DNA of 61,607 bases, counting the filler, from Chiloscyllium plagiosum (taxonomy: Eukaryota), in assembly GCF_004010195.1 (NCBI RefSeq). It is 3 parts of one record of this genome, joined end to end, with 100 filler letters (N's around TTAATTAATTAA, not from the genome) between each part and the next. Parts side by side here need not be neighbours in the genome. Positions count along the whole stretch, not along the records: positions 1 to 28,529 come from NC_057716.1; 2 more parts are not named here. One strand, given 5' to 3'. Of the stretch, positions 14,201-27,470 are shown one piece after another. The translations under genes were made by a program, and so were the position numbers. Below the pieces are notes generated by a model that ran no database searches, was not told the origin of the DNA, and saw nothing but the letters and a program-made list of their open reading frames with translations. Numbering within the stretch: the first letter of the stretch is position 1; the number at the start of each line of letters is the position of its first letter.

Positions 14201-16017
14201 CGCCCTGCACTAGCTGTGTGCTTTTGGCATAACGGTAGTGTCCCTACCTCTGAGCCAAGAGGCCTGGATTCAAGTAACCCTTTCCTCCAGAGTTGTATAA
14301 AGACATCTCTGAACAGGATGATCAGAAAATATCTAGCCCACAGCGAAAGAAATACAAAATATAAAGGAGAACAGGTCTCCTGGGGCTCTTGTGCTGCAGT
14401 GGTAGTGACCCTACCTTTGAGGCAAGAGGCCTGAATTTAAGTCACACCTGATCCAGAGGTATAAAATAAAATCTGAGCATGTTGGTTATAAAATAAATAT
14501 GTGATACATCACTTGTATTATTTCAAGTGTCAGATATCCAACTTTCAGGGAAGAACTGTGTTATCTTCTTGAGGAAGCATTGGTGGCTTGTTGGATTTCA
14601 GAGGGGAGGTTCTGTGTCCTGATAGGGAAAAATAGAGGACTCTGCCCTGAGGCAGAGAGTTCCACAGGGTGGCCAGAGTACATGTCAGGTTACAGGAGTA
14701 GGATAGGGGGACTTAGTGTGGATGGGATGCTCTTCAAAGGGTCAGTGTTGGTTCGATGGGTTGAATGGCCTCTTTCTATGATTCTCTGTGGATTAAGCTG
14801 TATAGTCATGCATCCCAAGGCCACCTTGTGAAGAGAAGTGTGAGGAGGAGGCAGCCAAGTTTCCTTCCCTCCAGAAGGGCCATTCATGATTGGCAACAGA
14901 CATTGCATTTTCTTTAAGTCACAGTTTAGCCTCATCACTACTCCACAAATCACAACTTTTCAAACTATTTGCTGTGTCCCAACATAATTTTCTCTTGGCC
15001 GAGACCAACTGAACAACTTGATTTAACAGCCCCAAGCATCATTAAATCGAGCAATACTTACTGTACCAAACTATTCATGCGAACATACAAAGAAGGAACA
15101 GGAATAGGCCATTCAACCCCATATATTGCCTTAACATCTGGTTTGCAGAGATCATTTTCCATCCCAATGTTCCAGTGACCTACTATGCCAGTGGGTGCAG
15201 CATAGTTGGAGAAGGCTACTGATTCTCACTCAGGTAGAATGCAGATGACCTTGCAATATGCCCTTCAGCTGTTTTGAATCTTATGGACATGGATTCAAAC
15301 TGCATTATCTCAGCACCTAAAGTAGTTAGCAAAAAGGACAGTGGCAATGTTGCAGTGGTGGAGCATGAATCCTGTCATCCTGAGAACAGATTTGTTCTTC
15401 TTGAAGGCATTCCCAACACTCCCACTGAATCGGCTAGATCACAGACTGTAGGCCTTCTTCAATCTTCCCCTTCAAGATGCCTTGAGCACTGTGATTCACA
15501 TCCATGATGGTAGCGGTCTGAGTCCACATTGTAACAAATATGCATCTCATGACACCAGATACTGAGAAATTGGTCAGCTTCTGTCTGTGCTGCAGGAGGC
15601 ACTGAGACATGGGCCAAGCGTTGTTGTATCAGGGCTGGGTCTACAAGTACAGTTCTGGAGTTGGTCACTCCTGGTGCAAAGCTGGAAAGATGAACACCAG
15701 GCTCCGCATGATTCCTTCTGCCATATTGAAAGGAACTTCTGAATGCTTCTGGACTGCGAGTGGAAGCTGTCTGGAAATCCTGCCACTGCACTAAGTATAT
15801 CAGTCCGGAGGCCCACTTGTGCCCAGTGACTATGCACATCCAGGTTCCGGTTCCAGACTACTTTCTCTGGTATGCACTATATCAGCCACTGAGCTGGTGG
15901 CTGCATCTGTACATCAATTAGCAGTGCTCCTTCCTCAGAAATAGCTCTTGCTTCTCCGTAAGAGGCTGCAGCGGCTGACCAAGTACCAGTCTTTGGCATC
16001 CAAAAGCAGGAAGTGCT

Positions 16018-16680
16018 CATAGAATCCCTACAGTGGGGAAACAGACCCTTCGGCCCAACAAGACCACCCAGATCCATTCCCCCACATTTAACCCCTGACT
16101 AGATTCCCTACAGTTTGGAAACAGGCCATTTGGCCCAACAAGTTCACACCGACCCTCCACAGAGTAACCCAGACACACTCCCCTACCCTATATTTAACTC
16201 TGACAAATGCACCCAACATTATGGGCAATTTAGCATGGCCTATTCACCTAACCTGTACATCTTTGGATTGTGCCACCATAAAAATGACATGCTTAAACCA
16301 GATAGGTTTTTGCTAAAAATTGATTCATAGTTACTAGACTCTTAACTTCAGATATTTTAGTGAATCCAAATTCCACCATCTGCTATAGCAAGATTTGAAC
16401 CTGGGTCCTCACCACATTACCTGGGTCTCTGGATTAACAATTCAGCAATAATACCATTAAGCCATTCCCTCCCTATTGCACCTAACCTACACACCCATGA
16501 ATACTGTGGGCAATTTTAGCATGGCTAATTCACCTGACCAGCACATCTTTGGATTGTGGGAGGAACCCACGCAGACACAGGGAAAATGTGGAAACTCCAC
16601 AAGGTCGCCTGAGACTGGAATCGAGCCGGGGTCCATGGTACTGCGAGGTAGCAGTGCTAACCACTGAGCCACCACGCCAT
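16018..16680 (-). mobile_element. Cluster of HE1-type tRNA-derived SINE copies and fragments
   Basis: The reverse complement has the tRNA head ggcgtggtggctcagtggttagcactgct...ggctcgattcc, the core aaagatgtgc..ggtgaatt.gccatgctaaattgccc, and the tail gggccgaagggtctgtttcc. Confidence 0.75.
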
Positions 16681-19439
16681 GCTGGTGGAATGGAAAGCAA
16701 ATGGAGCATGGTCGCACCATCTACAGCTTCCTTTATGCCAAATAGCAGGATGAGTGTGGAGCAACACATGAGAAGGGGTATAAAGGGGAACAATAAATGT
16801 GGTCCCTATCAACTACCACTTACCTTCTCTTCAGACAGCTCCAGCAGGTCTCCTTACCTCTAGTTCTTGTCACCCCTTCTTATTACAGATCATTTTCTCC
16901 TGCAACGAGTGAAGAAAAAAGGTTATTAATTGCATTTGGATATTGTGTCTGCCATGGATGAGTAGCTGGTGGTATTTGGAAGTGTGGAGAGCCGAATGGG
17001 AGCTTGGCAGCTTTGGAGAGTGAGAGGAAGTATTTGAAGTATTAGGCCTGAGCCCTGCCTGTCCGTCACAGATTAGCACAAGGTTAAATACCTATCCTCT
17101 CCCCCTCCTCTGATATAACCACCACGCCAATAGAATCACTCTTGCCCGAGTGTATTTTTCCATTTTCCCCAATATTTATTCTTTGAGAGTTATCATGCAT
17201 TTTATATTCTTTAATTCGGAACAGTTTCATCTTGTCAAACCATATTCATCGAGAGGAGGTTTGATGTTGTCCAAAACACGTTTCACAGTTGGAACCTTCC
17301 AGCCAGACAACAACAGGTGGCACACCAGTCTGGGTTAGATTTGAACCCTGTCAGAGTCAGCTAAAATCAAACGTTACTATCTAATATCCCACAGCCATTG
17401 CCCTTTTGATACGCCACTCAGACCACCCAGAAACCTTAAGATGAGACTGTTTCAAGGTTAGATATTGATGTTGGTGGGTGAATTTTTTCAAAAGCTTGAC
17501 TCTCAATTCTAAAGGTTCGGAAGCATTCAAGACTTCTAAGGAGTGGATTCAGACTTACCAGAAAATCAAAGCTTAGATTCATTTCCTACAGACAACAATG
17601 AATTTTAAAAATGCAAGCTGTTGATAGTCGAATACTTATTTTGAAACAACTACTTTCATTGAAAATCCAGATGCTTACCCACATCAGAGGTGAAACGTTT
17701 TAAAAATTATATTGCTTATCTTACAGAAAGTTTCTGATAGGAAACCATCATCACTTACATATTATATCTTTAATTATTAATATACACATACTATTTCATG
17801 TGTAACATGTCTGAACTGGGCTAAACTTGGGTATTTCCAAAAGAATCAGAAACAGGCCACTTCAAGGTAGTTTCAAATTTAAACTTTATTTCTCATGCAC
17901 ATTGAGGGGTTTAATTACCAAAGTAATGATCCCATATGGAATTAATTCTTCCTCCTTGATGTAACATTCACCAAAATTTAGGCTATCAGCAACGAACTGG
18001 AATATGTAAAATTCCTCTATTCCCTTAAGTAATGTCACATTTTCCCATTACGCTTAGAAACTCCTCCTGGTAAAACATTCTGCCAAAAAGGTTATTTTTT
18101 TCAAATGTAATGTTTTTTTATGACAAATTGATTTCCTTAAAGTTTGTCACAGACAAAAAGGTAAAATAAAATGCTCCTGGTTTCAGAGGCAGCAGCCAGC
18201 ACCGCTCGCTGGTGGCTAATTTGTGCCTGAAGTTATTCGATTTCAGCTGAACATGCAATGCGGTCTGCTTCAGGGCAGGCAACATTTTGTAGACAAATTA
18301 ACTTTCTGAAACTCACCCCACCTCCCCCGCCCCCACCTTGCATCATCTAACTCTGCCTGGCATTTGACCCCTGTAAATACTTTGTCCCAGTGTTTGGTCT
18401 AGAGATTTTCTTTATATAACACAATCTATCATACACCTCCTAATTCCAACAAAACTATTTATGTGTAAAGCAACTTTATAATACACACTCTCCTTTTGCA
18501 ACTTATTTATCTGTTCCCTTAACTTCTTTCACTTTATATTCAGCTGTAAAAGCCATATACACATGTATCCTCGGCCAATTTATCCATATTTTTTCAATAT
18601 ACTCATTTTTTTATCAACTTCTTTACAAAACTGACCTTGTAATCTCCATTCATCTTCTGTAGCTCCGAGAATATTTCTTGCTCTGTGGGTGCCTGCTTTC
18701 TCAGTCAGACTCTCTATCAATTGTGTCCTAACATATATCATCCTCCTTTTGAAGGAAGGGTCTGATTCACTAATGTACCTTATTTCTCGGGACTGGTAGA
18801 TTATGCTATGAGTTGTTTAAACTTTTCAAACCAATGGATACAGGACAGGAAACCATGGTGTCAGAATGGATGCTTCCTCCCTGCTGCCAGGTCACTTTTT
18901 GTTTACTTGATGCAATGGGCCACTTGCTAGCCCTTTCCAAACACTTTTATAGATAAAAGTATTTAAGGATGTTAGGTCTCTGCTCTCAGTTTAAGAACAT
19001 CTAAGGAGTCTAGTTATCTCTGTACAAGCAGAACAGACATTGTAACCTTAATCTCCACCTTACCTTAGCCCTTGATTGCTTAGAATCATCATAAGAATCC
19101 CTACAGTGTGGAAATAGGCCATTTGGCCCAACAAGTCCACACCGACCCTCCGAAGAGTAACCCACCCAGACCCATTCCCATACCCTAATTAGTCTACATT
19201 TGTCCTGACTAACACCCCTAACCTACAAATCCCGGAACATGATGGGGAATTTTAGCAAGGTCAATTATTTTTCTTAAACACTTTGAAGATGCACACTGTG
19301 CCTACTAACGTTTATTAGACTATTATGCCATGTCTCAGGATACAGACTACAAAAAAGCACTTTTTCAAAACTTGTCTAATGAATGAGAAAAATGTAAATA
19401 AAAATCTAATGATGTAATAATCTAGGGTTTGCTAATAAA

Positions 19440-20365
19440 CTTCGCAGTGTCTACCTGTAGAAGCTAAAACATAGCAGTACTTACATGCCAAATACCAGAA
19501 GCAGCATGCAATGGAAAAAACTAAGCAGTCCCAAAATCAACAGAGCAGATCTAAGCATTGCAGTGCTGCCACATCCAATCATGAATGGTCATGGACAATT
19601 AAATAACTAACAGAAAGAGGACACTCTGAAAATATTCCACTCTTAATAACAGGACGCCCAAAAGATCATTGCATAAAACAAGACTAAAGCATTTGCATCC
19701 ATTTTAAGGCAGAAATGTTGAATGGGTGATCCATCTCCACTTCTTTCTGAGATTCACAGGAGCACAGTTGGTAGAATTCATCCAATTTGATTTACTTTAA
19801 GTGTTGTCACAAAATGGTTGAAGGCACTGGATACTGCTCAGGTATTGGGTCTTGACAACATTCAAGCAATAGCTTTGAAGTTTTGTCCTCCAGAGCAAGC
19901 TATGCCTTTAGCCAAGTTGTCCAAGTTCAGTTATAACACTGGCATCGACCCGCAATGTAGTAAACTTCCCAAGTCCTCGCCACAACAAACAAGACAAATC
20001 CAACCCAGTCTATTACTGCCCTATCTGTCTACTCTCCTTCATCAGCAAAGTGATAAGAGGGGTTTGTTGACAGTGCTAGCAAGTGGTAATTGCAAAGCAA
20101 TAGCCTGGTCACTGATCACTAGATTTGGCTTTCACCAGGGCCACTCATATCCTGACATCATTACAATCTTGTTTCAAACCTGGACAAAAGAGCTGAATTC
20201 CAGTGGTGAGGTGAGAGTGACTGCCTTAACAGCAAGGCACTACTTGACAGTGTGTCACCAAGGAACCTGAGCAAAGCTGGCACCAATGAAAATCGGTGAA
20301 TAAACACTGCTGTTTGGAGTCATATCTGACACAAAGCAAAGTGATTGTGGCTGTTGGTGGCCAAT
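19440..20365 (+). mobile_element. Degenerate non-LTR retrotransposon RT region (CR1/L2 group)
   Basis: KALDTAQVLGLDNIQAIALKFCPPEQAMPLAKL and RFGFHQGHSYPDIIT are RT domain 0-2 remnants. It is interrupted by a CR1 tail at 20373-20780. Confidence 0.65.
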
Positions 20366-20372
20366 CATTCCA

Positions 20373-20780
20373 ATCATAGAGTCATAGAGATGTACAGCAC
20401 GGAAACAGACCCTTCGGTCCAACCCATCCATGTCGACCAAATATTCCAACCCAATCTAATCCCTTCTGCTAGCATTCGGCCCATATCCCTCCAAACCCTT
20501 CCTATTCATATACCCATCCAGGTGCCTTTTAAATGTTGCAATTGTACCAGTCTCCACCACTTCCTCTTGCAGCTCATTCCATACACTTACCACTCTCTGT
20601 GTGAAAAAATTGCCCCTTAGGTCGCTTTTATATCTTTCCCCTCCCGCCCTAAACCTATGCCCTCCAGTTCTGGACTCCGCCACCTCAGGGAAAAGACTTT
20701 GTCTATTTATCCTATCCATACCCCTCATGATCTTAAAAACCTCCATAAGGTCACCCCTCAGTCTCCAACGCCCAGGGAAA
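20373..20780 (-). mobile_element. CR1 (HER1-like) LINE 3' end
   Basis: RLRGDLMEVFKIMRGMDR...FFTQRVVSVWNELQEEVVE, with a catagagtcataga tail. Confidence 0.85.
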
Positions 20781-20964
20781 GCATTTCTGCAGAAGCCGGT
20801 CAAGGTAGTGTCCCAGACCCAACCATTCTGACCTGATTCAACAACCACCCTCCCGCTGTCAATGTTCAGCACAATTCAAACTCCTCAGATACCGAAGCAG
20901 TCCACGTCAATATGCAGAAAGATCTGAATAACATCTAGGCTTGTACTACAAAGTAGGTGAAAAA

Positions 20965-22145
20965 GTGAGTACTGCAGATGCTGGAGATTAAAGCCAAGAG
21001 TGTGGTGCTAGAAAAGCACAGCAGGTCAGGCCGCAATGGAGGAGCAGGAAAATCGATGTTTCAGGCAAAATCCCTTCATCAGGAACGAGGCTTTGAGCCT
21101 CGGTGGTGGAGAGATTAATGGGAGGGGGCGTGGCGCTGGGGGCAAGATAGCTGAGAATGCAATAGGTGGATGGAGCTGGCGGTAAAGGTGATAGGTCAGA
21201 GGGGAGGATGGAGCGGATAGGTGGGAAGGAAGATGAACAAATGGGACAGGTCATGAGGATGGGGTGCCGAGCTGGAAGGTTGGAACTGCGGGAGGGGAAA
21301 TGAGGAAATGAGGAAACTGGTGAAATCCACATTGATGTCAAGCAGTTGGAGGGTCCCAAGCCAGAAGATGAGGCATTCTTCCTGCAGGCGCCGGGTGATA
21401 AGGGAGTGGCAATGGAGGAGGTCCAGGACCTGCATGTCCTCGGTGGAGTGAGGGTGGGAGTTAAAGTGTCGGACAGGGGCCGGTGGGGCTGTTTGGTGCG
21501 GGTGTCCTGAAGATATTCCCTGAAGCGCTCTGCGAGTAGGCAACCTGTCTCCCCAATGTAGAGGAGACCACATCAGAAGCAATGGATACAGTAAATGACG
21601 TGTGGAAGTGCAGGTGAAACTTTGATGGATGTGGAAGGCTTCTTTGGGGCCTTGGACGGAGGTGAGGGGGGAGGTGTGGGCGCAGGTTTTGCAATTCCTG
21701 CGGTGGCAGGGGAAGGTGCCGGGAGGGGAGGGTGGGTTGTTAGGAGGTGTGGACCTGACGAGGTTCAGAGCGCTCCGGGACACCCACACAAATCAACTCC
21801 ACTGACCCATGGCTGAACACTTTAACTCCCCATCCCATTCTGCTGAGGACATGCAGGTCCTGGACCTCCTCCATTGCCAATCCCTTACCATTCGACGCCT
21901 GGAGGAAGAGCGCCTTATCTTCTGCCTTGGGAACCTCCAACCCCATGGCATCAATGTGGATTTTACCAGTTTGCTCATTTCCCTTCCCCCCACCTTACCC
22001 CTGTTCCAACCTTCCAGCTCAGCACTGTCTTCATGATCTGTCCCATTTGTCCATCTTCCTTCCCACCCATCCGCTCCACCCTCCCCTCCGACCTATTACC
22101 TTTACCACCACCTCCGTCCACCTATTGCACTCTCTGCTACCTTCC
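20965..22145. mobile_element. Penelope-like element with an inverted segment (20965-21765 on -, 21765-22145 on +)
   Basis: The GIY-YIG/C-terminal region (HFNSxxHSxEDMQVLDLLHC..RRLEEERLIF.LG.LQP) appears in both orientations. A hammerhead-type terminus lies at about 21050-21085. Confidence 0.8.
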
Positions 22146-23749
22146 CCCCCCCCCCCCCCCCCCAGGTGAATTGGCCATGCTAAATTGCCCGTAGTGTTAG
22201 GTAAGGGGTAAATGTAGGGGTATAGGGTGGGTTTCGCTTCCGCGGGTCAGTGTGGACTTGTTGGGCCGAAGGGCCTGTTTCCACACTGTAATCTAATCTA
22301 ATAAAAAAAAAATGTAAATGTCAAGCTATGGCCATGTCCTCCAACAATGTGACTATTATGCTACCATCATTAACTCCTCCACTATCGGTATGCTAGGAAT
22401 GTAGGGACAGAAGTAGGCCATTCAGCCTATTGAAAAGGATCACGGCTAATCGAATATTTTTATTCACACTGTCCGCATAACCCTTTATGCCTTTGATCAT
22501 GGAAATGCATCGACCTATAGTTTAAGTAAACTCAAAGACTAAGCTTCCATAACCCTCTGGAATAGGGAATTCTGAAGATTCACCACCCTCTGAGTAAAAA
22601 CAATCCCTTTCATTTTGATCCAAAATGGTATCCGCTTACTTCTAAATTGTGCTTCTTGGTTCTAGACTCCACAACCTGGGAAATATCTTACCTGTATCTA
22701 CTCTGTCTATCCCTTTGAGTATTTATTTTCCCTGCAGATCAAACCAAGCTTCTGTAGAATTGAAGCAAGATGTCACTATTCTCAAACTCAAATCTTCTTG
22801 CAATGACTATTAACACTGACAGCTAGGCCACTTTGCATATCTATACTTTCCAACCTTCTGTCATTTAAGATATCCCTTCCAAACAACAACTCGCAATCTC
22901 GATCATTTAAAATTTTTCCCTATTCTTCCCAATCTCTTGAAAGTAACTGAAACTAGTAAGTGAAATGAAGAAATCAGTTAAATGCTTTTAAAATCTGACT
23001 ACCCTCTTTTTAAGATTAATTTTGAATGCAAAAAGTGAGATTATGCATGGAGGTCTTGTAGATTTCATTGTGGTTAAAGTGTGTGTAACAATACAGTTTC
23101 AGCACTTAGTCGATTTGAAAAGTTGTTTATAAAAGGTCAAGTAAAGATTCTCACGATTATTAGCTTTTTATTCCAAAGATTCACACGACCGAGTAAAGGG
23201 ATATAAAATCTGAAAAATTAATTTTAATGTACTGAGCCATTGAATGGAGGACAGTATGTATTGTAAAATTTTCAACTAACCTGTGAAAATAAATATTAAA
23301 TACTCTTAGTAGTTCAGTTGGACCAGAACCTTTTAAATGCTTAGTAATTTCATAAGACCATAAGCAACTTGTATATAATTCTCCAGGTTGCAAAACCTCC
23401 ATACATTATTAAAAATGATGTGGGGACAGCAAAGCCAACTTGGTGTATTTGTTATCTGACAGCTAGTGTACCATTCTGAAGTGATGCATTAAAGGATGTT
23501 TCTTATTTGGCAATGACTAAACTGGATCAAGATCCTAAGATGTTTAAATTCAGATTTATATAAAATTTATTTCTTCTGGCTTCCTACTGAAAATTATTTT
23601 AGCATATGTACAAGTAGCAGAGGAGGTTGTGAACCCAAACCAATTATCCTGGAAAATATTAATGTGGAATATCTGGCATTTCCAGATTCAAGGAGAGCCA
23701 TGCAAAAGAAATAATGAATGACAAAGGGAGGAAGCCAGGGAGAATTTAC

Positions 23750-24905
23750 ATTCAGCATGGTAAACTGGGTAACAGGGTTAGATCACATAGAATACAGGGA
23801 GAACTAGCAATTGGAAACAGAGCTGGCTCAAAGGCAGAATGCAGAGGGTGGTGATGGAGGGTTGCTTTTCAGACAGGAGGCCTGTGGCCAGTGGAGTGCC
23901 ACAAGGGTCAGTGCTGCGTCTATTGCTTTTCATCATTTAAATAAATGATTTGGATGTGAACATAAGAGGTATAGTTAGTTTGTTTGCAGATGAAGCCAAC
24001 ATTGGAGGTGTAATAGATAGCCAAGAAGGTTACCTCAGAGTACAAAGGGGTCTTGATCAGATGGGCCAAAGGGCCGATTAGTGGCAGAAGGAGTTTAATT
24101 TAAATAAATGTGAGGTGCTGCATTTTGGAAAGGAAAATCAGGGCAGAACTTACATACTTAATACAAAGATCCTGGGGAGTGTTGCTGAACAAAGAGACCT
24201 TAAAGTGCAGATTCATAGTTCCTTGAAAGTAGAGTCGCAGGTAGATAAGATAGTGAAGAAGGCATTTGGTATGCTTGTCTTTATTGATCAGTGTATTAAG
24301 TATAGGAGTTGGTGGTCATGTTGCAGCTGTACAGGACTTTGGTTAGGCCACCTTTGGAATACTGCTTGCAATTCTGGTCTCCCTGATGTAGGAAGGATGT
24401 TGTGAAACTTGAAAGGGTTCAGAGAAGATTTACAAAGATGATGCCAGCATTGGAGGATTTGAGCTATAGGGAGAGACTGAACAGGCTAGGGATATTTTTC
24501 ATAGAGCATGAGAGACTGAGGGCGACCTTATTGAAGTCTATAAAATCATGAGAGGCATACATAGGGTGAATAGCCAAGATCTTTTCCCCAGAGTAGCAAA
24601 GTCTAAAGGTAGAGGGCATAGAGTTAGGGTGAGAGGGAAAAGGTTTAAAAGGAACCTAAGGAGCAACTTTTTTCACACAGAGGGTGGTGTATGTATTGAG
24701 TGAGCTGCCAGAAGAAGTGGTGGAGGCTGGTACAATTACAACATTTAAAAGGCATCTGGATGGGTGTATGAACACAGAGGGTTTAGAGAGAGATGGACCA
24801 AATGCTGACAAATGGGATTAGATTAATTTAGGATATCTAGTCAGCATGGACAAGTTGGACTGAAGTGTCTATATCTATGCTGTACACCTCTGTGACTCAA
24901 TGACT
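23750..24905 (+). mobile_element. 5'-truncated CR1 LINE
   Basis: LHFGKENQGRTYILN...AEQRDL, RT C-terminus and a tgactcaatgactc tail. Confidence 0.85.
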
Positions 24906-25099
24906 CTTTGACTTTCTCCTCAACAGATCAAAAACAAAAAGACTTGAGTTTTAAGAGCATTAAATTTGGCTTGATTTTCCACCTAACATTTTTATTAAGT
25001 TGGTTGCATTATGTTTGTGCTGACATTTGTATATTGTCTTAACTCTCTAATATATTAGGATGCCATTTATTATAGACAAATGTTTTACCTCAGAATGAG

Positions 25100-25655
25100 G
25101 TAATGTCTCTGTCCAGATAAATGATCCTGACCTTCTTGTTGCCTGCCATTTCAACACATCACCATGCTCCTCAGTCAACATCTCTGCCTCAGGCTTGCTG
25201 CAGTGCTCCAGTGAAGCTCAGCACAAGCTGGAAGAATGGCATCCCATCCTCTACTTGGGACCCTGCATGCTTCTGGTCTCAAGATCAAGTAGAATATTTT
25301 TAGTGCCTGAGCACTTCTCCCGTGTCTATACCCCAACCCCCACATACCAGAAACTGTCAGCTCATGGGCTACTACCACAATCAACCCATTGTCAGTTACT
25401 AATGGTCACCATTGGTCGCTGTTGATTTCCCCAGGCTGACCTTTATCCATTTCTTTCTGCTGTTCTCTCTCTGGGCTCATCTCCAGCTATCGTTTACTCC
25501 TGGCCCCCTCCCCCAACCCATCGTCAGCATATCTACCATTTTGTCCCCTTGCAACAGTTCTGAAGAAGAGTTGCTAGACCCAAAATGTTAACTCTGCTTT
25601 CTTTCCACAGATGCTGCCTGACTTGCTCATGTTTTCCAGCAATTTCTGTTTTTCC
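25100..25655 (+). mobile_element. Degenerate Penelope-like 3' fragment
   Basis: AQHKLEEWHPILYLG resembles the PLE C-terminus. Terminal repeat cagttctgaagaagag...cacagatgctgcc...ccagcaatttctg. Confidence 0.55.
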
Positions 25656-26263
25656 TTAAGGTAAAGTCCTTACCTCAAGAATAAAACAAAACTCTATGGA
25701 TACACCATTTCAACAAATTTCCATTGCCACTGCTGCCACCAAGCCCCACACTCCCACTCCACTTCTCTTCTTTCCCCTAAAAGCATAAACCACCATATGG
25801 ATTTCTTCAGTTGGAAGGCCAGTATTGTGTCAGCCTTGGAGATTGTCTATAATTATTCACAATAGTATATTGCGATCAATCTAGAAGTAACAAACTTACA
25901 ATTTAAACGTATGTCATCTATTGCTCACTGTCATGAAACATTTAGTAGGAAACCAATAATTCCTGACACACTTAGTGCTATGCTAGTTATGTTACTTAAC
26001 AGCCAATCTCCTGTTAGTTACTGGCCTTGCTAAGTCTTTACTGTTAGCATTAATAAGTATACAGTCTAAGCTTGCACTACAGTCTCTGCCAGTAACACTG
26101 TCAACCTAGATCATGTTCGGTCCAATAAAACATCAAAATTTCTGAGGTCTCCACATAATTCCTACTTTATGTGCCAATTATTACAATGCTTTAGTCCGCA
26201 TGAAAGTAACAGGCAATGTTTAAAGGAGGATGTATGGAGAGACAGGAAAGAAACTAAAGAAAG

Positions 26264-26734
26264 ATACATGAGCTATATCTTCTTGGTCTGCTCCAAACAA
26301 CTGACACTACAGGAACTGTTTCCTGTGGTTAACTCTGCAGGCAAGCCTGGATATAGCACTTTTCCATGTGGCATCGTGTAAATGAATTTCATGGCCTAAG
26401 TCTTCAGCATCTCTAACTGACTGAAGGAAAGAAACTAAAGAAAGATGCAATTTCAGGATTTCCCTTCAAAGAAGTTTTGCCCAGTCAACTAAGAGAAGAT
26501 AGGGAAATGGCAGATTGTAAGCTCTTTAAACTTGGTGACCAAGAGTTACCAGAGTTCTTTGCTCCTGAGTCTTGTACCCCTCCTTCAGTCAGTTAGACTT
26601 CGGCCATGAAATTCATTTACACGATGCCACATGGAAAAGTGCTATATCCAGGCTTGCCTGCAGAGTTAAACACAGGAAACAGTTCCTGTAGTGTCAGTTG
26701 TTTGGAGCAGACCAAGAAGATATAGCTCATGTAT
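26264..26734. repeat. Long inverted repeat (arms 26264-26428 and 26581-26734, 152-bp spacer)
   Basis: The arms are reverse complements with 2 substitutions and one 11-nt indel. The left arm is flanked by the 22-bp direct repeat aggaaagaaactaaagaaagat. Confidence 0.92.
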
Positions 26735-26759
26735 GTTTAATGTACTAGAAATGAAGACT

Positions 26760-27470
26760 TGCCAATTAATGTGCCAATATCATATTCCATATTCACTCCT
26801 GAAACCAACAATCATTAGAAGCAAAAAATGTCCTTTCTGGGGTTATGTAAAGGCCATTCAACAAGTGGTAGCGGAGACACTTATCACTTACTCATGCCAG
26901 CTGGTTGAGACACTGTGTGTGTTGCTAAAAAGTTGGAAGATATCTGCAGATAGAAAGAGGATTGAATCTTTTTTTCCCTGAGCGGAACAAGATAAGAGGG
27001 CATTTTCGATCACCAGGGAAGTGGGCTTCCCAATTGTATAGCCATGACATCATCTACTGCACATAGGTGGGATTGTAGGCTTCCAATGTCAACAGCGATA
27101 GAGTGATGTTGCAACTGAAAGGACTCCGTCAATGTCCAGCTAGCATGGAATTGCACAAAGAGGTTAATCTGGGCAAATGTCCACTATCCTGGCAGCATCT
27201 TGGTGTTGTCATCCTGCGATAGCAAATGTCCACCATCTTCATGTCTTCAAGACAGACTATGCCGTAACTATGGTACTGACAGCTGTTCCTTCCCCACATG
27301 GCTCACAGACCCACTTCAGCCAAACCACCTCCTAAACTGAAAAGCTTTCAAGAGCCATTGATAAAATGCAACATCATGGACCAAGCCATTGGGGTCCTGA
27401 AGCAATGATTTCCCTGCATTGCACACCCAATAGGCTGTCCAAGGTTGTGTCACACAATTACCCCTAGTAC
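26760..27470 (+). mobile_element. PIF/Harbinger transposase fossil
   Basis: Frameshifted motifs occur in the expected order: VGFPIV, IIYCTH (cf. IDCTH), SVNVQLA, ANVHYPGS, TWLTDPL, IMDQAIGVLKQ*FPCI (cf. IEQAIGVLKQRFRCL). Confidence 0.7.

Noticed and set aside
14215..14500. Two tandem tRNA-like heads
   Set aside because: No complete cloverleaf; consistent with decayed tRNA-derived SINE 5' ends rather than tRNA genes.
18170..18310. Possible conserved non-coding element or structured RNA (partial inverted match aatttgtgcctgaag / cttcagg...acaaatt)
   Set aside because: Pairing is short and interrupted, and conservation cannot be judged without alignments.
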